In this document: positions 57,001-64,000 of the stretch, piece by piece
How positions within the stretch are numbered: the stretch's first letter is position 1
Layout: each line of letters opens with the position of its first letter
Source of the DNA: Dehalococcoidia bacterium UBA5760
GTDB lineage: Bacteria; Chloroflexota; Dehalococcoidia; Dehalococcoidales; UBA5760
Assembly: GCA_002418895.1 (NCBI GenBank)
Contig: DIFA01000017.1
Location: 668 to 64,667, forward strand
Reading direction: 5' to 3'
DNA length: 64,000 bases
Position numbers and translations under genes: made by a program
The notes under the pieces: generated by a model
The model's database searches: none
What the model was told of the DNA's origin: nothing
What the model saw: the letters and a program-made list of their open reading frames with translations, nothing else

Positions 57001-58260
57001 TCATATCAGGGCGATGTCTTTGCGGTAATGACAGCCCTCGAAGTTAATTCGTGATATGTTGTGATAGACCTTTTCTCTGGCCTCAGTGATATTCCTGCCG
57101 GTAGCGGCTACGGTAAGCACCCGTCCCCCGTAGCTTAATATCTGTCCTTTTGTTGTGCCTACCCTGGTGCCGGCGTGAAATACCATAATGTCTTTGTCCA
57201 GGCTATCCAGTCCGCTGATCGGGAATCCCGTCCGGTAGCTTCCGGGATAACCTCCTGATGTCATCACCACGCCGACACAGGCATTCCCGCTCCATTCTAT
57301 ATCTATCCGGTCAAGATTGCCACTGATTATTGCCAGTATGATATCTACCAAGTCCGTTTTTAAGAGGGGGAGAACTACCTGCGTCTCCGGATCGCCAAAG
57401 CGCGCATTGAACTCTATCACCTTTGGCCCGTCCCTGGTGATCATCAATCCTCCGTAGAGAACTCCCTTATAAGGCCTTTTCTCGGCGGCCAGCGCTTTTA
57501 CCGAAGGCCTGAGGATGGTCTCGGCTACTTCTTTGTCCAGCTTGGGGCTGGTGAAGTATGGTGGGCTGTAGCTACCCATACCGCCGGTATTCGGGCCCTG
57601 GTTCCCATCGAATACCGGTTTGTAATCGCATGCCGAGACAAGCGGGATTACGGTGCTGCCATCGGTAAAGGCAAAAGAGCTCATTTCTTTTCCAGTCAGG
57701 CATTCTTCAATAACCACCCTATCCCCGGCGGCACCGAAGATTTTGGCTTCCATAATCTGGTATAGGGCGTCGATGGCTTCCTGGATTGAGTGGGCGACGG
57801 TTACCCCCTTACCGGCAGCCAGGCCGTCCGCCTTGATGACAACAGGGGGTATCTGCTGCTCGACGTACCTTTTTGCTCTACCGTATTCGGAGAAGCTGAC
57901 CCCACTGGCACAGGGAATACCATACTTCTCCATTAACTGCTTGGCAAACACCTTGCTCGACTCTATTTCGGCGGCTGCTTTGCCGGGACCGAAGATAGGT
58001 ATGCCGATGCTCTGAAAGTGATCGACGATGCCGCTGGCAAGTGAAGCCTCCGGACCGACCACGGCAAGCTCGATCCCCTTTTCCTGTGCCGCTTTAGCTA
58101 ATCCCTCTATATCGGTGGGCTTAATGTCCAGGTTATGGGCAATTTGGGCCGTACCGGCATTACCCGGGGCGGTATAAATCTCCTTGACCTTGCGACTACC
58201 AGCCAGCTTCCAGACCAGGGTATGTTCCCTGGCCCCACTACCAACAACCAGTACCTTCAG
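57001..58260 (-). CDS. purD: phosphoribosylamine--glycine ligase (apparent CTG start)
   Basis: The track ORF (GTG at 58062) lacks the N-domain. The frame continues upstream as (L/M)KVLVVGSGAREHTLVWKLAGS..., beginning at the CTG at 58260, 6 nt after GGGGGAGAGG. There is no ATG/GTG/TTG upstream in frame. Confidence 0.85.
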   Translation of the reverse strand: MKVLVVGSGAREHTLVWKLAGSRKVKEIYTAPGNAGTAQIAHNLDIKPTDIEGLAKAAQEKGIELAVVGPEASLASGIVDHFQSIGIPIFGPGKAAAEIESSKVFAKQLMEKYGIPCASGVSFSEYGRAKRYVEQQIPPVVIKADGLAAGKGVTVAHSIQEAIDALYQIMEAKIFGAAGDRVVIEECLTGKEMSSFAFTDGSTVIPLVSACDYKPVFDGNQGPNTGGMGSYSPPYFTSPKLDKEVAETILRPSVKALAAEKRPYKGVLYGGLMITRDGPKVIEFNARFGDPETQVVLPLLKTDLVDIILAIISGNLDRIDIEWSGNACVGVVMTSGGYPGSYRTGFPISGLDSLDKDIMVFHAGTRVGTTKGQILSYGGRVLTVAATGRNITEAREKVYHNISRINFEGCHYRKDIALI

Positions 58261-58277
58261 CGTTTTCCTCTCCCCCT

Positions 58278-58766
58278 CTATGTAATCTGGTACTCTACCT
58301 GTACTGCTATCTCGCCCTGGGGTGTGCTCGATTTAATACTAATTACATGGAAGCCATTCTCCGGCGCGATGAAGATGAAGTGTCCTTCTGCAGCAGCAAT
58401 TACCTTACCCTTCTCCAGACGTCCCAGTCCAGTGTCCTTTATGTTCCCGGCTTGACCGGTGCTGGTCTGGTATCCCAGCACTTCCTCGGCCGGTGTGGTA
58501 ACTCGGAGCATTACTGCGGCCCCCTCGGCATAGAAGGATAGGTACAGTTCTTGTCCACGCTTAAGGTACAGGGAGAAGCTGTGAGAGTCGTACTCGTCGG
58601 TGTTGCCAGGAGTGGTAGCGGTTGACAGTTGAAAGTTTATTGTTTCGTGGGGGGACTGCTCCGGTACCGGGGTCTGAGCACGCATTAGTACCGGCGCATA
58701 GACTCCAAGTACAACTGAGATTGCTCCCAGTATAATTCCCAGGATAACGATCGGTTTTTTGTACAT
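58278..58766 (-). CDS. hypothetical membrane-anchored/exported protein
   Basis: 162 aa. The N-terminal hydrophobic helix is KKPIVILGIILGAISVVLGVYAPVL. The rest is beta-rich with no motif I recognise. Confidence 0.5.
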   Translation of the reverse strand: MYKKPIVILGIILGAISVVLGVYAPVLMRAQTPVPEQSPHETINFQLSTATTPGNTDEYDSHSFSLYLKRGQELYLSFYAEGAAVMLRVTTPAEEVLGYQTSTGQAGNIKDTGLGRLEKGKVIAAAEGHFIFIAPENGFHVISIKSSTPQGEIAVQVEYQIT

Positions 58767-58805
58767 CCTTGACTCCCCTCCTCTTTAGTTAGCCTTACCC
58801 CTCCA

Positions 58806-60488
58806 TTACTCCCACTCTATAGTCGATGGTGGTTTGGAGGTTATGTCATAGACGACCCGGTTTACGCCGGGTACCTCGTTGACGATACGGTTAGAAATCT
58901 TGGCCAGCAGTTCGTAGGGCAGCCGTGCCCAATCGGCGGTCATCGCATCGTCACTGGTTACGGCACGGACGGCAACCAGGTAGCCATAGGTTCTGAAGTC
59001 CCCCATTACCCCTACGCTTTTGACGTCGGTAAGTACGGCAAAACTCTGCCATAGCTGGCGGTATAGTTTTGCCTGCTTTATCTCTTCCATTACAATCCAG
59101 TCGGCACTACGAAGTATTTCCAGCTTCTCTCTGGTTACCTCACCAATGATACGGATGGCCAGACCGGGACCGGGGAACGGCTGTCGCCATATCATCTCCT
59201 CGGGGAGACCCAGCCCCAGGCCTACCTGCCGTACTTCATCCTTGAATAGGTAGCGCAGGGGTTCAACCAGGTTGAGCGTCATCTTGGCGGGTAGTCCGCC
59301 GACATTGTGATGGGTTTTTATTTTGGCTGAGGCTTTACTTCCAGAAGAGGCGCTCTCGATGACATCCGGGTAGAGGGTACCCTGGGCCAGGAAATCGACC
59401 TTGCTTATTTTAGCGGCTTCTTCCTCAAAGACCTTGATGAATTCCTCTCCGATAACCTTGCGTTTCTGCTCGGGGTCGATTACGCCCTGCAGACGGTTGA
59501 GGAATCTTTCACTGGCATCAACATGAATGGTATTCATCCCCAGGTGACGGCGGAAGACTTTTAGGGTCCTTTCCGCCTCTTGGCGGCGCAGCAGTCCGTT
59601 ATTAACAAAGATGCAGGTAAGCTGGTTGCCAATAGCCTGGTGAATGAGGGTAGCTACTACCGCTGAATCAACTCCTCCGGAAAGGGCATTGATGACCTTA
59701 CCGCCGCCGACTTGCTCTTTAATCCTGTCCAGGCTGTCCCTGATGAAGCTGCCCATAGTCCAGTTCCCCTGGCAGCCGCATATCCGGTAAGCAAAATTCT
59801 TCAGGATGGTCTTACCATTTGGTGTATGAGCTACCTCAGGGTGAAACTGGAGGCCAAATATTCTTTTATCATTACCCATTACGGCAAATGGCGAGCCTTC
59901 GGTATAGGCCAGGGTACTGAATCCAGGCGGCATTTCTTCAATCTGGTCGCCGTGGCTCATCCATACCGGAGCGGGGGTGGGTAAATCAGCAAGCAGGGGT
60001 GAGTCTACATCGGCAACATGAAGGACGGAATGGCCGTATTCGTGTCTTTCCCCCTGGGTGACCTTGCCACCCAGCTGGTGGGTTATCACCTGCATTCCGT
60101 AGCATATCCCCAGCACCGGCAGGTTGCTTTCATAGATATAGGCTGGTGCCAGAGGCGCCTCCGGTGTGTAAACGCTGGCCGGTCCGCCGGAGAGGATGAA
60201 TCCCTTTGGGTTTAACGGGGTTATCTTTTCCCAGGGGGTGTCATAGGATACCAGTTCACAATATACCTGACATTCTCGTATCCGCCGTGCGATGAGCAGG
60301 CTATATTGAGAGCCGAAGTCGATGACAACGATAGTCTCGCGCTCGTTGCCGGGAATAGCTTCTTTTGCTGCCGCCGGCTGTTCACCACCCAGCTCTTTGG
60401 CAATCTCCAGGTAGGTGGATACTTCAATATCACCACTGGTGGCCACGCGGTGGCTGCTTGGTGTCTCTTGTGATTTGTCTTCGGTCAT
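58806..60488 (-). CDS. guaA: glutamine-hydrolysing GMP synthase (with ~50-aa N-terminal extension)
   Basis: 560 aa. GATase [25 protein letters not shown]; ATP-PPase SGGVDS; C-terminal PPSTIEWE. Confidence 0.93.
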   Translation of the reverse strand: MTEDKSQETPSSHRVATSGDIEVSTYLEIAKELGGEQPAAAKEAIPGNERETIVVIDFGSQYSLLIARRIRECQVYCELVSYDTPWEKITPLNPKGFILSGGPASVYTPEAPLAPAYIYESNLPVLGICYGMQVITHQLGGKVTQGERHEYGHSVLHVADVDSPLLADLPTPAPVWMSHGDQIEEMPPGFSTLAYTEGSPFAVMGNDKRIFGLQFHPEVAHTPNGKTILKNFAYRICGCQGNWTMGSFIRDSLDRIKEQVGGGKVINALSGGVDSAVVATLIHQAIGNQLTCIFVNNGLLRRQEAERTLKVFRRHLGMNTIHVDASERFLNRLQGVIDPEQKRKVIGEEFIKVFEEEAAKISKVDFLAQGTLYPDVIESASSGSKASAKIKTHHNVGGLPAKMTLNLVEPLRYLFKDEVRQVGLGLGLPEEMIWRQPFPGPGLAIRIIGEVTREKLEILRSADWIVMEEIKQAKLYRQLWQSFAVLTDVKSVGVMGDFRTYGYLVAVRAVTSDDAMTADWARLPYELLAKISNRIVNEVPGVNRVVYDITSKPPSTIEWE

Positions 60489-60498
60489 TATATCTCAA

Positions 60499-60527
60499 AG
60501 ATTATCATTATGGTATACTGGCGTCAA
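60499..60527 (-). promoter_or_regulatory. candidate guaA promoter (TTGACG-N17-TAATCT) placed for a near-leaderless transcript
   Basis: On the minus strand, -35 is at 60527-60522 and -10 at 60504-60499. 10 nt separate the -10 from the ATG at 60488. Confidence 0.35.
60511..60519 (+). promoter_or_regulatory. candidate extended -10 promoter (TGgTATACT) for tsaC-rpiB
   Basis: TGGTATACT at 60511-60519, about 37 nt upstream of the ATG at 60556. The identical 9-mer occurs at 20238-20246. Confidence 0.3.
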
Positions 60528-60555
60528 GAGTGAAGCGAAATTTCCGCTAGGTGGT

Positions 60556-61209
60556 ATGGCGGTGTTAACCGGACTCCCTGCGAGTGTTGCAAACCAGGTC
60601 CGTGAGGGTGTTGCCGTCCTCAGGGGTGGGGGCATCGTTGCTTTCCCTACTGATACCGTCTATGGCCTGGGGGTCTGTCCTTATCTTCACCGGGCGGTGG
60701 AACGGGTCTATACGGTAAAGGAACGGCCGTTGGAGATGGCACTGCCCCTGCTTTTGTCCAGTACGCTACAGATAAGCGAAGTTGCCGAATCAGTGCCGCC
60801 GATTGCCCGGCTGCTGGTGGAGAAGTTCATGCCCGGTCCTTTAACTCTGGTCTTATATAAGTCCGGGGTTGTTCCGGGAATTGTTACCGCCGGGGGTACC
60901 ACCGTAGCTGTTCGTGTTCCGGCCCACCCTGTGCCCGTTGCCCTTGCTCTGGGGTTGGGGGCGCCTATTTCGGGCACCAGCGCTAATCTGAGCGGTAAGC
61001 CGAGTGCTCTGACGGCTGATGAGGTACATGCTCAATTCGGTAACAAAATAGATCTGGTTATTGACGGCGGCCGGTGTCCGGGTGGCCGGGAGTCTACCAT
61101 AGTTGATGTCACCGGAGAGATACCGTTGGTTTTACGAAAGGGAGCGATAGATTTTGGCGAACTGAAGAAGGTGTGTGCTAGTATTATTTTAGGAGGGAGG
61201 GCCGATTAG
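60556..61209 (+). CDS. tsaC: L-threonylcarbamoyladenylate synthase (YrdC/TsaC/Sua5 family, YrdC domain only)
   Basis: The start is taken at MAVLTGLP (ATG at 60556). GGIVAFPTDTVYGLG, VRVPAHPV, SGTSANLSG. Confidence 0.8.
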   Translation: MAVLTGLPASVANQVREGVAVLRGGGIVAFPTDTVYGLGVCPYLHRAVERVYTVKERPLEMALPLLLSSTLQISEVAESVPPIARLLVEKFMPGPLTLVLYKSGVVPGIVTAGGTTVAVRVPAHPVPVALALGLGAPISGTSANLSGKPSALTADEVHAQFGNKIDLVIDGGRCPGGRESTIVDVTGEIPLVLRKGAIDFGELKKVCASIILGGRAD

Positions 61210-61643
61210 TGCGTATTGCTATTGGGTGTGACCACAGGGGATTGGATATCAAGCAATCTGTTATCAGCCTGGTTAGTGACTCGGGGTACAGTATCGAGGA
61301 TTTTGGCTGTTATACTGCTGATCCGGTGGACTATCCCGATATCGCCAGGAAGGTAGCCCTGGCGGTAGCCGGAGGTGATTGCAATCATGGTATCCTGATA
61401 TGTAATACCGGCATCGGTATGAGCATCGCCGCTAATAAGTTTAAGGGGATAAGGGCGGCTCTATGCTGTAGCGTCTTTGATGCCTGCCGTGCTCGCCAGC
61501 ATAACGATGCTAATATCCTTTGTCTGAGCGCCGAACGGGATAGGGAGTCAATATCCGAAATAGTTAAGGCCTATCTTAGCAGTGAATTTCAAGGTGGCCG
61601 GCACCTGCTAAGGGTGAATAAGATAATAGCTATGGAAGGTTAG
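61209..61643 (+). CDS. rpiB: ribose-5-phosphate isomerase B
   Basis: 144 aa, GTG start. RIAIGCDHRG, ILICNTGIGMSIAANK, ARQHNDANILCL. Confidence 0.9.
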   Translation: MRIAIGCDHRGLDIKQSVISLVSDSGYSIEDFGCYTADPVDYPDIARKVALAVAGGDCNHGILICNTGIGMSIAANKFKGIRAALCCSVFDACRARQHNDANILCLSAERDRESISEIVKAYLSSEFQGGRHLLRVNKIIAMEG

Positions 61644-61659
61644 CCAGATACGGATTAGC

Positions 61660-61688
61660 TTGACAACGGGTAGGTGCTATGCTATGTT
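61660..61688 (+). promoter_or_regulatory. candidate promoter for ilvD-ilvB
   Basis: TTGACA (61660-61665), 17-nt spacer, TATGTT (61683-61688). Confidence 0.4.
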
Positions 61689-61726
61689 TTTTGAACGGGG
61701 TAAATCTATAATTGCAGATTATTGGT

Positions 61727-61749
61727 CCGTCCGTATAGGGGCGGTTTTT
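61727..61749 (+). promoter_or_regulatory. short hairpin plus T5 run in the ilvD leader (possible attenuator/terminator)
   Basis: CCGTCC (61727-61732) pairs with GGGCGG (61739-61744), 6 bp including one G-U, followed by TTTTT (61745-61749). This is 34 nt upstream of the ilvD start. Confidence 0.25.
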
Positions 61750-61782
61750 GATTATTAATGGGGAAAGGAGTTAGTCTGGCTT

Positions 61783-63450
61783 GTGAAGAGTGATGTAGTT
61801 AAAAAGGGTGTAGAGAGGGCTCCACACCGGTCTCTGCTATATGCCTTGGGCTGTACGCCTGATGATATGGATCGGCCTTTCGTAGGAATTGTGAATAGCT
61901 TTAGTGAGATTGTGCCGGGGCATATACACCTGCGCCAGATTGCTGAAGCGGCTAAATCGGGGGTGTATAGTGGCGGGGGTGTTCCCTTTGAGGTGAATAC
62001 CATTGCTGTATGTGACGGTATCGCTATGAACCACACCGGTATGAAATATAGCCTGCCCAGCCGGGAGCTCATTGCTGACTCGATAGAGATAGTGGCTGAA
62101 GCCCACGGCTTTGATGCGCTGGTCTTTATTACCAATTGCGATAAAATTGTTCCCGGGATGCTTATGGCAGCGGTTCGGTTGAACCTGCCCTCCATCTTTG
62201 TCAGTGGTGGTCCGATGCTGGCCGGACGCCTCTGTGGGGAGGATGGAGTTAAGCATGTTGATGTCAATTCTATCTTTGAGGCGGTCGGTAGGGTGGCTAA
62301 GGGTGGCATGGGGAAGGAGGAGCTGGAACAGCTTGAGTTGGTTGCCTGTCCCGGCTGTGGTAGTTGTTCCGGCATGTTTACCGCTAACACGATGAATTGT
62401 GCCACCGAGGCTATGGGAATGGGTCTGGTCGGTAATGGCACCATTCCGGCTGTTGACGCCAGACGGGTGCGGCTGGCGAAACAGGCCGGGCGACAGGTCA
62501 TGCGACTTCTGGCTGAAGATGTTAGGCCGCGCGATATTATCAACAGAGATTCTATTCATAATGCCTTTGCCGTTGATATGGCATTAGGCGGCAGTACTAA
62601 TTCGGTGCTGCACCTCATCGCCGTAGCCCGTGAGGCAGGGGTTGATTTCACCCTGCCGATGGTTAATCGAATAAGTGAGTGTACTCCTCATCTGGTAAAG
62701 ATGAGGCCGGCCGGTGATTTTCACCTGGAGGATTTGGATGCGGCAGGTGGCGTACTGGCGGTGATGAAAGAGATTAAAGAGGTGTTGAATCTGGAAGCAA
62801 GGACGGTATCGGGTAAATCGGTGGCTGAGATTGTTGCTGGCAGCCGTTTTGTAGATAGAAAGGTGATTCGTCCTGTGGATAGCCCCCACTCGGCCAGCGG
62901 CGGCATTTGTATTCTCTTTGGTAACCTGGCGCCGGAGGGTGCGGTGGTGAAGAGAGGTGCGGTAGCTCCTGAGATGATGGTCCATCGTGGTCCGGCCAGG
63001 GTGTTTGATTCCGAGGAGGAAGCTACCAAAGCTATTCTGGACGGTAAAATAGAGTCGGGTGACGTGGTGATCATTCGCTATGAGGGTCCTAAAGGCGGAC
63101 CGGGAATGAGAGAGATGCTCACTCCTACCTCTATACTGAGTGGCATGGGGATGGCTAGTGAGGTAGCTTTGATAACCGACGGGCGTTTTTCCGGAGCGAC
63201 CCGTGGCGCTGCTATTGGGCATGTCTCTCCTGAGGCGGCCAGTCGGGGGCCTATCGCTGCTCTGAAGGATGGTGACATGATAAGTATCAATATCCCTGAC
63301 TATAAACTTGAGGTTGAACTTGATGATAGCGAAATATCCCGGCGTTTAGCCGGTCTGGCTGAATTTGAACCCAGGGTGAAGGCCGGTTATCTCAAGCGGT
63401 ATGCGGAGAGGGTCTCTTCCGCCAGTAGCGGAGCGGTATTTAGCCAGTAG
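61783..63450 (+). CDS. ilvD: dihydroxy-acid dehydratase
   Basis: 555 aa, GTG start. CDKIVPGM; Fe-S cluster Cys in [17 protein letters not shown]; LITDGRFSG. Confidence 0.95.
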   Translation: MKSDVVKKGVERAPHRSLLYALGCTPDDMDRPFVGIVNSFSEIVPGHIHLRQIAEAAKSGVYSGGGVPFEVNTIAVCDGIAMNHTGMKYSLPSRELIADSIEIVAEAHGFDALVFITNCDKIVPGMLMAAVRLNLPSIFVSGGPMLAGRLCGEDGVKHVDVNSIFEAVGRVAKGGMGKEELEQLELVACPGCGSCSGMFTANTMNCATEAMGMGLVGNGTIPAVDARRVRLAKQAGRQVMRLLAEDVRPRDIINRDSIHNAFAVDMALGGSTNSVLHLIAVAREAGVDFTLPMVNRISECTPHLVKMRPAGDFHLEDLDAAGGVLAVMKEIKEVLNLEARTVSGKSVAEIVAGSRFVDRKVIRPVDSPHSASGGICILFGNLAPEGAVVKRGAVAPEMMVHRGPARVFDSEEEATKAILDGKIESGDVVIIRYEGPKGGPGMREMLTPTSILSGMGMASEVALITDGRFSGATRGAAIGHVSPEAASRGPIAALKDGDMISINIPDYKLEVELDDSEISRRLAGLAEFEPRVKAGYLKRYAERVSSASSGAVFSQ

Positions 63451-63455
63451 GAGCG

Positions 63456-64000
63456 ATGATGATGAAAATGACAGGCGCCCAGATTGTATGTGAGAGCATG
63501 TTGAAGGAGGGAGTGGAGGTTATCTTTGGTTTACCGGGGGGAGTGGTGATACCGCTTTATGATACCCTGCCTCAGTATCCCCAGCTCCACCATGTTCTGG
63601 TGCGCCACGAGCAAGGGGCGGCTCATGCCGCTGATGGTTACGCCAGGGCCAGCGGCAAAGTAGGCGTATGTTTTGCTACCTCCGGTCCGGGGGCCACCAA
63701 CCTGGTAACCGGCATTGCCAATGCCTATCTGGACTCGGTGCCGATGGTGGCGATAACCGGTCAGGTAGTCCGATCTTGTATCGGCAGGGATGCTTTCCAG
63801 GAAGTTGATACCACCGGTATTACCCTGCCTATTACCAAACATAACTACCTTGCGCTTGATGTCGGTTCACTGGCCAGAATACTCAAGGAATCCTTTCACC
63901 TTGCCCGGACAGGGCGGCCGGGGCCGGTGCTGATTGATATACCGAAGGATGTATTTACTGACCAGGCGGAATACTGCTATCCGGATGAGGTGAAATTACC
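63456..64000 (+). CDS. ilvB: acetolactate synthase large subunit, 5' part (continues past window end)
   Basis: Hand-translated: [36 protein letters not shown]...[56 protein letters not shown]. Which of the ATGs at 63456, 63459, 63462 or 63468 is the start is unresolved. Confidence 0.88.
   Translation, partial: MMMKMTGAQIVCESMLKEGVEVIFGLPGGVVIPLYDTLPQYPQLHHVLVRHEQGAAHAADGYARASGKVGVCFATSGPGATNLVTGIANAYLDSVPMVAITGQVVRSCIGRDAFQEVDTTGITLPITKHNYLALDVGSLARILKESFHLARTGRPGPVLIDIPKDVFTDQAEYCYPDEVKL

Noticed and set aside
1-64000. Searched the whole window for CRISPR arrays, tRNA or rRNA genes, transposases, integrases, prophage genes and long direct or inverted repeats flanking the PKS, RM and AOR inserts.
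   Set aside because: I saw nothing resembling spaced direct repeats, tRNA cloverleaves or recombinase motifs in the sequence or the ORF translations. This was a by-eye inspection, so short or degenerate repeats could have been missed.

Overview
This is a 64-kb chromosomal window from a bacterium that looks anaerobic: it has two tungsten/molybdenum-type aldehyde:ferredoxin oxidoreductases and no respiratory genes. I cannot assign a lineage without a database search. Coding density is high and I found no tRNA, rRNA, CRISPR array, transposase or integrase.

Layout:
- 1-12.1 kb (+): ribosomal spc/alpha cluster, from the L29 C-terminus to S9, including secY, adk, map, infA, rpmJ, rpoA, truA.
- 12.2-18.7 kb (-): sugar-phosphate genes (GGCT-like, PGI/PMI, PMM/PGM), then SAM-cycle genes (metK, ahcY) and a SAM methyltransferase.
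- 18.7-20.5 kb: a roughly 590-nt gene-free region, plsY, and a divergent promoter region.
- 20.5-31.8 kb (+): a FabF-like KS and DegV. These are followed by a ten-gene translationally coupled operon encoding AOR, a PanE-like reductase, a duplicated Cys-rich protein, KS-alpha, KS-beta/CLF, ACP, a metal cyclase, an SRPBCC aromatase/cyclase, an SDR ketoreductase and an amidohydrolase_2 protein.
- 31.9-41.9 kb (-): mtnP, a 986-aa single-chain type IIG restriction-modification enzyme, mtnA, GNAT, a HEAT-repeat protein, a PAC2-family protein, tldE, tldD.
- 42-45 kb: birA, then the SPFH/NfeD pair.
- 45.3-54.2 kb (+): his operon (hisZ, a tandem-duplicated hisG, hisD, hisC, hisB), interrupted by a ThiF-like / MoaD-like / second AOR module.
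- 54.2-60.5 kb (-): purC, purB, purE, purD, a small membrane-anchored protein, guaA.
- 60.5-64 kb (+): tsaC-like, rpiB, ilvD, ilvB (5' part).

The main candidate for something undescribed is the aromatic (type II) polyketide synthase operon at about 22.7-31.8 kb. It is fused to an AOR and has a chain-length factor carrying Arg where Gln is canonical.

Secondary observations:
- The RM gene is wedged into, and translationally coupled with, methionine-salvage genes.
- hisG is a pseudo-dimeric fusion.
- An AOR maturation module splits the his operon.
- Two genes (PMM/PGM and purD) lack canonical start codons.
- A consensus promoter lies in front of about 450 nt with no ORF.
- A tldD-tldE-PAC2(poly-Glu)-HEAT-GNAT operon.

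All functional calls rest on motifs I read in the supplied translations. No searches were run.
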